From positions 2,100,001 to 2,132,000 of the forward strand of contig NC_009483.1 of assembly GCF_000016745.1 (NCBI RefSeq): DNA of 32,000 nucleotides, read 5' to 3'. The translations under genes and the position numbers were made by a program. Under the pieces are notes generated by a model. That model was not told where the DNA came from. It saw only the letters and a program-made list of their open reading frames with translations, and searched no databases. Every line of letters begins with the position of its first letter. The stretch's first letter is position 1. The stretch comes from Geotalea uraniireducens Rf4. Lineage in GTDB: Bacteria; Desulfobacterota; Desulfuromonadia; Geobacterales; Geobacteraceae. Positions 17,719 to 26,500 of this stretch are shown one piece after another.

Positions 17719-18540
17719 GTGAGACTTAGAATAGGACAGATAGATTATGCCAACTGCACACCTATCTTTACCGCATTAAAAAGTAATTTCGATTGTACGG
17801 ACTACTGCTTCGTCAGCGGGGTTCCTTCCACTCTCAATGCCATGCTTGCCACTGGAGAGATAGACCTCTGTCCGTCATCTTCCATAGAATACGGTAAGGC
17901 ATCAGAGAAATACTGTCTTCTGCCGGATATCTCCATAAGCTCCATCGGCGCTGTTAAAAGCGTTTTCCTGTTTTCCCGTGTCCCCATTGAAGACCTTGAC
18001 AATAAGACTGTCGGGCTCACCACCGAGTCCGACACCTCGGTAAATCTTCTTAAGATTATTCTGGCAAAGAAACATGGCCATACCAATCATTTTCAGCGCA
18101 CGTCGCTGCCTTTGGCAGAGGCGCTCAAAAGCTTCAGCGCTTTACTTCTCATCGGCGACGCGGCGTTGAAAACCGCAATGACGCATCATGGACTTTATGT
18201 TTATGACCTTGGTGAGTTGTGGCACGATTTTACCGGGCTCCCGTTTGTTTTTGCCCTTTGGATTGTAAGGCGGGACGCTGCTGCGGAAAAGCATGCCGAG
18301 ATTAAAGCCCTGAGCGGTAAACTTAAGGCGGCCAAACAACTAGCATACGATTCCTACGAGTCAATTGCATCCGATTGCAGTGAACGCGAGTGGATGGGCA
18401 CGGAAGCCCTTGTCGACTACTGGCGGACTATCTCCTACGATCTGACCCCGGAACACTGCGCCGGATTACAACGTTTTTTTCGTTACGCCGCCGAGTTGGG
18501 GATACTATCCCGCGAGCCGGAGATATTGATATTTTCCTGA
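17719..18540 (+). CDS. mqnA: chorismate dehydratase MqnA (futalosine menaquinone pathway)
   Basis: 273 aa with a GTG start after GAGAGG. The N-terminus LRIGQIDYANCTPIF, then IDLCPSSSIEY and PFVFALWIVRRD, match the MqnA / periplasmic-binding-fold VitK2-biosynthesis family as I recall it. Confidence 0.8.
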   Translation: MRLRIGQIDYANCTPIFTALKSNFDCTDYCFVSGVPSTLNAMLATGEIDLCPSSSIEYGKASEKYCLLPDISISSIGAVKSVFLFSRVPIEDLDNKTVGLTTESDTSVNLLKIILAKKHGHTNHFQRTSLPLAEALKSFSALLLIGDAALKTAMTHHGLYVYDLGELWHDFTGLPFVFALWIVRRDAAAEKHAEIKALSGKLKAAKQLAYDSYESIASDCSEREWMGTEALVDYWRTISYDLTPEHCAGLQRFFRYAAELGILSREPEILIFS

Positions 18541-18672
18541 CAAACGCTTTGGGATGGAAGCTTTAACGGGGTGTACTGCACAGGGGAGGTGTACTGCACC
18601 GGGAAGATCCGGGGAATAGATATGCAGATGTCTCAGGAATAGACGCCGGAACATGCTTGTGCAGGTGGTACG

Positions 18673-19125
18673 TTAGATTGCGTCGGTGCTTTTCAATCGC
18701 CGGTAATCTTCGAGTATCCTGCCGTGGTCGAAGCAGAGCGTTGCGGGCAGGGCAGCCAGCGTGAATATTGCCAGCGTTGCGGCATCATCCGCAGCCTTTG
18801 GGGAGCCTTCACCACGAGCCACATAAACTGTAGAAATGGTATGAGCCCGGGGATCACGGTCGGGATCAGAATAGCAACCCAATAGGCGAAGGTTATGGAC
18901 CCGAAGTGAAGTCTCTTCAAGGGCTTCTCTTCTGGCCGCGTCTTCGAGTGTTTCACCGTAGTCCACAAAACCGCCCGGTAAAGCCCAGCCGAAAGGTTCG
19001 TTCTTTCTTTCAATCAGCACAATCCCATCTGCAAGCTCAATAATTATATCTACAGTCGGGAACGGGTTACGGTACGATTTGACTTTTTCGCCGCATCGCG
19101 GGCAGCTGAGGTATTCGAATGGCAA
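18673..19125 (-). CDS. NUDIX hydrolase with an N-terminal CxxC element
   Basis: Nudix box [24 protein letters not shown], and an N-terminal [10 protein letters not shown] prefer TTG 19125 because AGGAGG sits 7 nt upstream, inside the longer ORF. The GTG at 19149 is the alternative start. Confidence 0.85.
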   Translation of the reverse strand: MPFEYLSCPRCGEKVKSYRNPFPTVDIIIELADGIVLIERKNEPFGWALPGGFVDYGETLEDAARREALEETSLRVHNLRLLGCYSDPDRDPRAHTISTVYVARGEGSPKAADDAATLAIFTLAALPATLCFDHGRILEDYRRLKSTDAI

Positions 19126-19160
19126 CGAGAGCCCTCCTTGCTGGAGCACAAAATTTACAT

Positions 19161-19185
19161 AAAAAAAGGGAGGACGAATCCTCCC
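19161..19185 (-). terminator. rho-independent terminator (minus strand) after the Cys-rich protein gene
   Basis: Read on the - strand: GGGAGGA-TTCG-TCCTCCC followed by TTTTTTT. It lies 28 nt downstream of the stop at 19213. Confidence 0.85.
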
Positions 19186-19212
19186 TTCCAGATGCAGTGT
19201 GAAAACAAACCG

Positions 19213-19506
19213 TTATTTCTTTTTCCCGCCGCCAGAGGCTTTCTTGGAGGCTTTGAGCGGGTTGACTTTAGTCTCTTCGCTCTTGAGTTCCACCTTCACA
19301 TGGGTGGCGAAATTGCATAAACCAGCCGTCCATTTCTTTTCCGGGGCAGGATAGGCGCTGCATACCTTGCCGATGGAACCATTCACTACTCTCTCGCATC
19401 CTTCGCAATTCTCAACGACTACCTGGCATGAGCCTTCTGTAAAGACGCAACCCTGTTTTCCCCAAAAGGTACACTCGGTACCGGGAAGCACTGTTTGACA
19501 CTGCAT
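19213..19506 (-). CDS. small cysteine-rich protein (PxxKW-type motif), Lys-rich tail
   Basis: 97 aa counted from ATG 19506, with AGGAGG 7 nt upstream. It has eight Cys (C3, C12, C20, C27, C34, C37, C49, C64), the motif YPAPEKKW, and the C-terminal tail KASKKASGGGKKK. It resembles what I recall being annotated as the 'PxxKW family cysteine-rich protein' in Deltaproteobacteria. Confidence 0.7.
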   Translation of the reverse strand: MQCQTVLPGTECTFWGKQGCVFTEGSCQVVVENCEGCERVVNGSIGKVCSAYPAPEKKWTAGLCNFATHVKVELKSEETKVNPLKASKKASGGGKKK

Positions 19507-19749
19507 GGTAAATCCTCCTGTTTCTTTTTGCTTCGTAAGCAACGAATTCTATTTACTCTAACAATTTTGAAAGAAAAATGTCAACAGGAAAATCCCGTCT
19601 AAATGTCTGTTCTCCTTGACTCCGTGAACCCTATATATTAACCTTTGTTGAGAGCTGTGGCTCGGATAGCGGTCGAACTGTCCCGATGTTTGATCGGGCT
19701 GGTAAATATTGTAATGAAATGGCGTTAATTCTACTAAAGGAGAGGCTTT

Positions 19750-21168
19750 ATGCAGCGTATTGTTTTCGGCACATCAGGCTGGCGCGGAATTTTATGTGAA
19801 GATTTTATCTTCGAGAATGTCAAGATAGTAACCCAGGCTATTGCCGATCATGTGATTGCCGCTGGAGAAAAGGAAAAGGGCTTGATCGTCGGTTACGACT
19901 CGCGTTTTATGGGGGAGCGTTTTGCCAGGGAGGCGGCGCGGGTTCTTACCGGTGCCGGGATAAAAACGTTTCTCTGCAACAGGGATACCCCGACCCCGGT
20001 TATTGCTTTCGAGATATTGCGGCGCAAGACCGCCGGGGCTATAAATTTCACGGCAAGTCATAATCCACCCGAATATAACGGCATCAAGTTTTCCCCTTCA
20101 TGGGGGGGGCCTGCTCTTCCGGAGACAACCCATGACATTGAACGGCGGGCCAATGAAATGATGGGAGAGGTCTGCTATAAGGAGTGCCACCTGGACGATG
20201 CCGTCCGGGCCGAAATGTTGAGTGAGATCGATCCGATGAAGACCTATCTTGAAGACCTTGCCGGGAAGGTGGATTTTGCCGCCATCGCCAAACTCGGAAC
20301 GATAGCTGTCAATCCGCTCTACGGAACCGGTCGCGGTTATCTGGCAGAGCCGTTAATGGCACACGGCGTGAAGGTGGTACAGTTGAACGCTCATCGCGAC
20401 CCGTACTTTGGCGGGTTCCCACCCGAACCATCAGAGAAGTATATTCAAGATTTCATAAACATGGTGAAGGGTGATCCCGCCATCAAGCTGGGGATAGCCA
20501 CGGACGGCGATGCGGATCGTTTCGGTATTATCGATGATGACGGTACCTTTATTGAGCCCAATTACATAATAGCCCTGCTCCTTGACTACCTGGTAAGGGT
20601 GAAGGGGATGACGGGTGGTGTGGCACGCAGTGTGGCTACTTCCCACCTTGTCGATGCAGTTGCAAAAAAACACGGCATCGAGGTCTTTGAGACACCTGTT
20701 GGTTTCAAATATATAGGTGAACTGATCAGTCAGGATAAGATTATCATTGGCGGCGAGGAGAGCGCCGGACTTACCATAAAAGGGCATGTGCCGGAAAAGG
20801 ACGGCATTCTTGCATGCCTTCTGGTAGCGGAAATGGTTGCTCACGAGGGGCTGCCGGTCAGGAAACTTTTGGAAAGGCTCTATGAACAGGTGGGGCGCTT
20901 TGTCACCAAACGGGAAAACATCACCCTTCCACCAGAAATCGAAGCCGCTTTTGCCGACAAGTTGAAAGTAGCTCCTGCCACTATTGCAGGGGTAAAAATC
21001 ATGGAAAAGGTAACCATTGACGGCACTAAATTCATTCTTGAGGACGGCAGCTGGCTTCTTTTCCGTAAGTCCGGGACCGAGCCGGTTGTACGCCTCTATG
21101 CAGAGGCTCCGTCAGAAGTGCGTCTCAAGGAGCTGCTGGCCGCTGGTCGCGAGTTGATTCTCAGTTAG
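19750..21168 (+). CDS. phosphoglucomutase/phosphomannomutase family (alpha-D-phosphohexomutase)
   Basis: 472 aa with active-site loop FTASHNPPEYNGIKF, metal loop GIATDGDADRFG, sugar loop GGEESAG and phosphate loop FRKSGTEP. AAGGAGAGG lies upstream of the ATG. Confidence 0.9.
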   Translation: MQRIVFGTSGWRGILCEDFIFENVKIVTQAIADHVIAAGEKEKGLIVGYDSRFMGERFAREAARVLTGAGIKTFLCNRDTPTPVIAFEILRRKTAGAINFTASHNPPEYNGIKFSPSWGGPALPETTHDIERRANEMMGEVCYKECHLDDAVRAEMLSEIDPMKTYLEDLAGKVDFAAIAKLGTIAVNPLYGTGRGYLAEPLMAHGVKVVQLNAHRDPYFGGFPPEPSEKYIQDFINMVKGDPAIKLGIATDGDADRFGIIDDDGTFIEPNYIIALLLDYLVRVKGMTGGVARSVATSHLVDAVAKKHGIEVFETPVGFKYIGELISQDKIIIGGEESAGLTIKGHVPEKDGILACLLVAEMVAHEGLPVRKLLERLYEQVGRFVTKRENITLPPEIEAAFADKLKVAPATIAGVKIMEKVTIDGTKFILEDGSWLLFRKSGTEPVVRLYAEAPSEVRLKELLAAGRELILS

Positions 21169-21331
21169 GAGCCTGTCGGACTTAGGAATGAATCTACTGC
21201 GAGGATGGCAAATCGGTCCATATCTCCGTAAATTTTCGACGAATAGGTCCACTATTCGCTCTCAAATTTCCGGAAATCTGTCCTCGATTTTCCATCCTCT
21301 CGCTACGATTCCCTAAGTCCGACAGGCTCCT
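21167..21331. repeat. ~165-bp imperfect palindromic element with perfect 20-bp terminal inverted repeats
   Basis: AGGAGCCTGTCGGACTTAGG (21167-21186) is the exact reverse complement of 21312-21331. The arms stay about 75-80% complementary inward (e.g. CGAGGATGG / CCATCCTCTCG, AAATCG / CGATTT, CGAATAG / CTATTCG) down to a central GTCCAC loop near 21248. The element begins inside the stop codon of the phosphohexomutase gene. Confidence 0.8.
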
Positions 21332-21433
21332 GCTCCAAATTTGCATAATGTAAACTGATGGCAATGCAACGGCGCGAAGCCGCAAAGACAGCCCGTATGA
21401 CGGTGGGCGCAAGCATTTTCGAGCATGCTTTCT

Positions 21434-21462
21434 TTGCGTTCTTTGCGCCTTTGCGTTATAAT
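21434..21462 (+). promoter_or_regulatory. candidate sigma70 promoter of nifU-nifS
   Basis: TTGCGT (21434-21439), a 17-nt spacer, then TATAAT (21457-21462), 30 nt upstream of the nifU ATG. RBS GAGGAGG lies at 21481-21487. Three CTTTGCG heptamers (21432, 21441, 21449) overlap the -35 box and spacer. Confidence 0.6.
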
Positions 21463-21491
21463 GAGCTGCCAATAAAATACGAGGAGGATGT

Positions 21492-22352
21492 ATGTGGGAT
21501 TATACTGACAAGGTTAAAGAACATTTCTTGAATCCAAGGAATGTTGGTGCAATAGACGATGCGGATGCTGTCGGTGAAGTCGGGAGCCTGGCCTGTGGCG
21601 ACGCCCTGAAACTTTTCATCAAGCTCGATGAAAAGAAAGAGCGGATAGTTGACGCCAGGTTTCAGACCTTTGGCTGCGGGAGCGCCATCGCCTCTTCTTC
21701 GGCCTTGACCGAGATGGTGAAGGGAAAGACCCTCGATGAGGCATTGCAGATCACCAACAAGGAGATTGCCGACTTCCTTGGCGGCCTCCCGGAAGAAAAG
21801 ATGCATTGCTCCGTCATGGGGCAGGAAGCACTGGAGGTGGCCATCGCCAAATACAGAGGCGTGGCGGTGCCGAAGCACGATCACGAGCATGATCACGGGG
21901 AGATGGAAGGGGAGATCGTCTGTAAATGCTTTGGCTTGACCGACGTCTTTCTCAAGAAAGTCATCGCTTCCAACAAACTGCACACCGCTGAACAAGTCAC
22001 CCATTTCACCAAGGCGGGGGGCGCCTGTGGCGGCTGCATTCCCAGGATAAAGGAACTGATTGCCGAGGTCATGGGTGAGCAGAAGAGGGAAGAGCAGAAA
22101 AAACCCGAAAAGCTTACCAATTTGCGCAAGATGCAGCTTATCCAGGAAACCCTGGAGAATGAAGTGCGGCCGCAGCTGTGGGCAGACGGTGGAGATCTGG
22201 AACTGATCGACATCGATGGCGGCAAGGTACAGATAGCTTTCCGCAAGGCTTGCGCCGGGTGCGCCTCTTCAGGTTTCACGGCAAAATTCGTCGAGCAGAA
22301 GCTGCGTGATCTGGTCTCCGACGACATCACCGTTGAGGAGGTGCAGGGATGA
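21492..22352 (+). CDS. nifU: NifU-type Fe-S cluster scaffold (three-domain)
   Basis: 286 aa. The N-terminal IscU-like domain reads YTDKVKEHFLNPRNVG..GEVGSLACGDALKLFIK...FQTFGCGSAIASSS...MHCSVMG. A central Cys-rich domain (CKCFG..., GGACGGCIP) and a C-terminal Nfu domain (GGDLELIDIDGGKVQIAFRKACAGCASS) follow. Confidence 0.93.
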   Translation: MWDYTDKVKEHFLNPRNVGAIDDADAVGEVGSLACGDALKLFIKLDEKKERIVDARFQTFGCGSAIASSSALTEMVKGKTLDEALQITNKEIADFLGGLPEEKMHCSVMGQEALEVAIAKYRGVAVPKHDHEHDHGEMEGEIVCKCFGLTDVFLKKVIASNKLHTAEQVTHFTKAGGACGGCIPRIKELIAEVMGEQKREEQKKPEKLTNLRKMQLIQETLENEVRPQLWADGGDLELIDIDGGKVQIAFRKACAGCASSGFTAKFVEQKLRDLVSDDITVEEVQG

Positions 22353-23518
22353 AGGAAATCTACCTGGACAACAATGCCACCACCAAGGTCGATGAGGCAG
22401 TCTTCGAGGAGATGCGCCCCTATTTCTGTGAGCTGTATGGCAATCCCAGTTCCATGCATTTTTTCGGTGGCCAGGTGCAGAAAAAGGTTGATGAGGCAAG
22501 AAACCGGGTCGCAGCCCTTTTGGGCGCCTCGCCGGAGGAAATCATCTTTACCGCCTGTGGCACCGAGAGCGACAACGCTGCCATTCGTTCCGCTCTGGAA
22601 GTTTTTCCGGAAAAGCGTCATATCATAACCACCAGGGTGGAACATCCGGCAGTGCTGACTCTCTGCCGGAACCTTACCAAGCGGGGCTACCGGGTGACGG
22701 AGCTTAATGTGGACGGCGAGGGACGGCTGGATCTGAATGAGCTCAAAGCTGCGATCGATGACAACACTGCCATCGTCTCGGTCATGTACGCCAATAACGA
22801 AACCGGCGTCGTCTTTCCTGTCGAGGAGGTGGCTGCCATTGCCAAGTCAAAGGGGGCGCTGTTTCACACCGATGCAGTGCAGGCCGTGGGCAAGATTCCC
22901 CTCAACATGGCAAACTCTGCTATAGACATGCTTTCCCTGTCCGGGCACAAGCTCCATGCCCCCAAGGGGATCGGTATCCTTTATGTAAGGAAGGGCGTGC
23001 CCTTTCGGCCTCTCATGGTTGGCGGACACCAGGAAAAGGGTCGCAGGGCCGGGACGGAGAACACCGCATCCATAATTGCCCTTGGGAAGGCATGCGAGGT
23101 GGCCGGTGATTTCATGGATGATGAAAACACCCGTGTCAAGGCCATGCGCGACCGTCTTGAAAAAGAGCTGATGAACCGCATCCCCAATGCCCGCATCAAC
23201 GGCGGTGCTGCGGAGAGGCTTCCCAACACCACGTCCATCGCCTTCGAGTTCGTGGAAGGGGAGGCTATCCTGCTGCTTCTGAGCGAGAAGGGTATCTGCG
23301 CCTCGTCCGGCAGTGCCTGCACATCCGGTTCGCTGGAGCCGTCCCACGTGCTTCGCGCCATGGGAGTGCCGTTCACCTGCGCCCACGGCTCAATCCGCTT
23401 CTCCCTGTCGCGCTTCACCACTGATGCTGATATCGATGCCGTCATCCGCGAGCTTCCGCCGATCGTTCAGCGGTTGCGGGAGATGTCGCCGTTCGGGCGG
23501 GAATTCCTTTCAAGGTAA
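22349..23518 (+). CDS. nifS: NifS-type cysteine desulfurase
   Basis: 389 aa: IYLDNNATT, TACGTESDN, PLP-Lys motif SLSGHKLHAPKGIGILY, and catalytic loop SSGSACTSG. There is a 4-nt ATGA overlap with nifU. Confidence 0.95.
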   Translation: MKEIYLDNNATTKVDEAVFEEMRPYFCELYGNPSSMHFFGGQVQKKVDEARNRVAALLGASPEEIIFTACGTESDNAAIRSALEVFPEKRHIITTRVEHPAVLTLCRNLTKRGYRVTELNVDGEGRLDLNELKAAIDDNTAIVSVMYANNETGVVFPVEEVAAIAKSKGALFHTDAVQAVGKIPLNMANSAIDMLSLSGHKLHAPKGIGILYVRKGVPFRPLMVGGHQEKGRRAGTENTASIIALGKACEVAGDFMDDENTRVKAMRDRLEKELMNRIPNARINGGAAERLPNTTSIAFEFVEGEAILLLLSEKGICASSGSACTSGSLEPSHVLRAMGVPFTCAHGSIRFSLSRFTTDADIDAVIRELPPIVQRLREMSPFGREFLSR

Positions 23519-23538
23519 AACATCGTCCCGGATAAATT

Positions 23539-23576
23539 AAAAACCCCCTGCAGCTGAAGCTGCAGGGGGTTTTTTG
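23539..23576. terminator. bidirectional rho-independent terminator between convergent nifS and the cytochrome gene
   Basis: AAAAA, stem CCCCCTGCAGC (23544-23554), loop TGAA, stem GCTGCAGGGGG (23559-23569), then TTTTTT. The A- and T-tracts on either side allow termination in both directions. Confidence 0.85.
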
Positions 23577-23594
23577 ATGTTTTAGCCGGAATTA

Positions 23595-26500
23595 TTACCA
23601 AGAATCGGAACTGTGGTTTTTGCTATGACAAGTTCCCGTACAGCTTCCGGAACCGTTGCCAAGCCGGGTGAAATTCATTCCGGCACCATCCCCACTAAAA
23701 TTGATTATTACATCTGCATCGGTATGGGTAACTCTGTTTCCGGGTCCATGCGCATCTTGCGGACTTCCCGCCGTGCCATGGCATGTTGCGCATGTTACCT
23801 GGTGATCACTTCTGGAATGACCATTTTGTATATCGGGAAATACAGTTCCTGTCGGTCTGCCATCAGCGCCGCCATGGCACGATCCGCAGCCGATGCCGGG
23901 AGCGGCTTTTGTATGGCATCCCTGGCAGTCGGGTGGATTGCCGGAAGTAACAGGGTAGCCTGTTGTTTTGGTATTGCTGTGGCAACCGGTTGTCACGCAG
24001 CTTGGGAATGGCGATGCGCCTGAATCTGTTTTATGCCCGTAGTATGCCGGATAGGAATGGCGCGTAAAGCTGAAAGCTTTGTTGTTGGTAGTGGGGGCAT
24101 CACCATCATGGGTATGGCAGATGGTACAGCGTGTGTTTATGTTGTGAGTGGTATCATAACTGTTGATGTTATAATGAGAGACTCCGCTGCCATGGCAGAC
24201 TTGGCAAATTCCTGTAAAGTCGGCCTTGACGTAGTCTCCGCCGATTGGCGGGTTTGAAGATAAGGTAAATACCGGGTCTTTTGGAGCTGCAAATTCGGTA
24301 GGCACGCCGGCTGTCGGTAAGTAGCCTGTTGATGGGTCGAAGACACTGGAGTTCTTCACTACCTTTTTGTGGATCATGTAGGCGTTGGTGTCACCATGGC
24401 CATCATGGCAGTCCCAACAGAAGAGGCCACCGGATTTAAAACCGAAGCTGTGGCTCGTACCGTTATGTACGGCACCGACTTTTTTGCCGGAGGTCTTCAA
24501 TGCGCCACCGATTGTAACTGTAACCCCCACAGCGTCTGTTTTATGACAGTTCATGCAGGCATCGTTTAACCCCCAACCGGTCCCACCAGTATTCCCCCGG
24601 AGCCGGAAAGGATTTGCCGCGGCGTTGTGGCTAATGGCCGGGTCATGGCAGTATTCACAGGCATTGACAACGACAAGGGCGGCCGCTCCATTGCCGGAGG
24701 CATAAGTCCCGCTGGTCTTGCCGTGACCGGTGGTAGTCCATTCGGTCATGTTTATCTTCGCTACAGGACTTGAGGTGTTGAAAGGGGTAGAGGTAACGTT
24801 TGTGAAGGGGATGGTGAATACATCGAAATCCGCCGTATCCCCATGACAATCCTGGCAGTTCAGAGTTGTGCCCCACGTTACTGTAGTTGGAGAGCCGCCG
24901 CCACCATGGCAACTGACGGTGCTGCATTGAGTCGCTGTGGTGTCGGTTCCCTGACGTGCCAGGGTGAAAGTCACTGAACCGCCGCTCTGCTGAATGTTGT
25001 ATGCCTGATTGACATGCAGTGTCGGGTTTATGATGGCGCCTGCATTGTTTACTACTGAGTTGTGGCACTGGTAGCAGGAATTTATGTTGTTGCCGGTATG
25101 TTTAGCGTGGCTGTTTGCTTTTGAAACGGCGGTTGGTGAACCTGAAGCGGTACCACCGCCATGACAGCTGCCGCAGTTTATCGACGGAGGGGTAGTCCAC
25201 GAAAGAGTCCCATGGGTCGGGGTGGCGAAGACGGCGCCGTCGCTGTGGCAGTAAGTGTTGATGCACTGGGTGCCGGTGCTGGACCAGGTGGTGCGAAGGA
25301 TAGCATTATAGGAAAACGCCACATCCTTAACCCCGTTCGGATGCTGATTTTTCCCTGAAGCGCCGTTGATGGTCGCATTGTCGGAAGCGGTTCCAAAATG
25401 GCAGTTCCGGCAGGTGAAGGTGTAGGTGTTGACATGCTTGGTGTGGGGCGCTGACCAAGTAGGTGAAGCATCTCCCTGTTTGTTGTGGCAGACTCCGCAG
25501 TTGGAGCCGCCGACCTGCGCAGTTCCCCAGTTGACGGCCACTTTGGGGGCGCCGCCGTTGCCGTCTGTGTGGCAGACTGTGGTGCAGGTGCCTGCCGTCG
25601 TGTATTTCATGCCTTTAGGGTCAGTGGCCGGTGTGCCGGCTTCGGTGTATGCAGTTATTTTGAGCCCTCCCACCTCTGCCGCGCGGTTTGCCGTTGCCGG
25701 GCCGTTGGCGTGGCTGTTGGTCGGATGGCAGTTCTTGCAGCCGTAGGCGTAGGCTGATGATGTGTGGGCGTTGCTGCCGGTTATGCTGCTGAACACGGCA
25801 GCAGAGTTGTAGTGAATGGCATGACCGGTGGCTCCTGCAGAGAGATCGCCGTTATTGCTGGCGCCGTGGCAGGAATTGCAGACAAGATGTGCACCGCCCC
25901 AGGTCGGAGCGGCGGAACCGTGGCAGTAGGTCGCCGAGCATGAACCGTAACCTGAGCCGGGGGCGACGTTGTTACCCAGGGAATAGACGGTGTTGACGGC
26001 TGACCCGGTGAATGCCAGGTTGATGACCTGGTTGGCGTGATTGGTCGTACCTGAACCGGCACCGCTATGGCATGTGGAGCAGGGCAATCTGCCATTGCCG
26101 CTGCCGGTAGTGTTGGCGTGCGCCACATGGCTGCCGGGGGCGGAAACGTCGGTGTCCATTTTCACATGACAGCTGCCGCACGGGAAGAGACCGCCCCAGG
26201 TCGGCGTACCGTTTTGTGTCGGGGCTCCGATGCCGTTTGTCCCCTGCACATTGCTGTGGCAGTAGCTGTTGGAGCAGGAGCCGTATCCGTTTCCGGCCGG
26301 GAGATTCGCCTGGGAATAGATTGTTCCTGTTGCTGACGGGCCGCTGAATGAGTTTTCAATGACGCCGTTTGCATGGAGCGCTGTGCCGGCCCCTGCGCCG
26401 TTGTGACAGATTGAGCAGGCAATGCCGGTAGCCTGGGCATGCTTGATATGACTGCCGGTTGCCGAAGCGCTTGAGGACATGTCCACATGGCAACTGCCGC

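Noticed and set aside
19616-19640. TTGACT followed by TATATATT in the divergent intergenic region upstream of the phosphohexomutase gene
   Set aside because: The spacer between the -35-like and -10-like hexamers is only 10-12 nt, which is too short for a sigma70 promoter. I could not find a properly spaced pair in 19543-19749, so I make no promoter call there.
21194-21472. A 92-aa minus-strand ORF covering the palindromic element and the nifU promoter region
   Set aside because: It has no RBS and a basic, low-complexity translation. It is open mostly because the palindrome lacks stops. The region is better explained as structured non-coding DNA plus a promoter.
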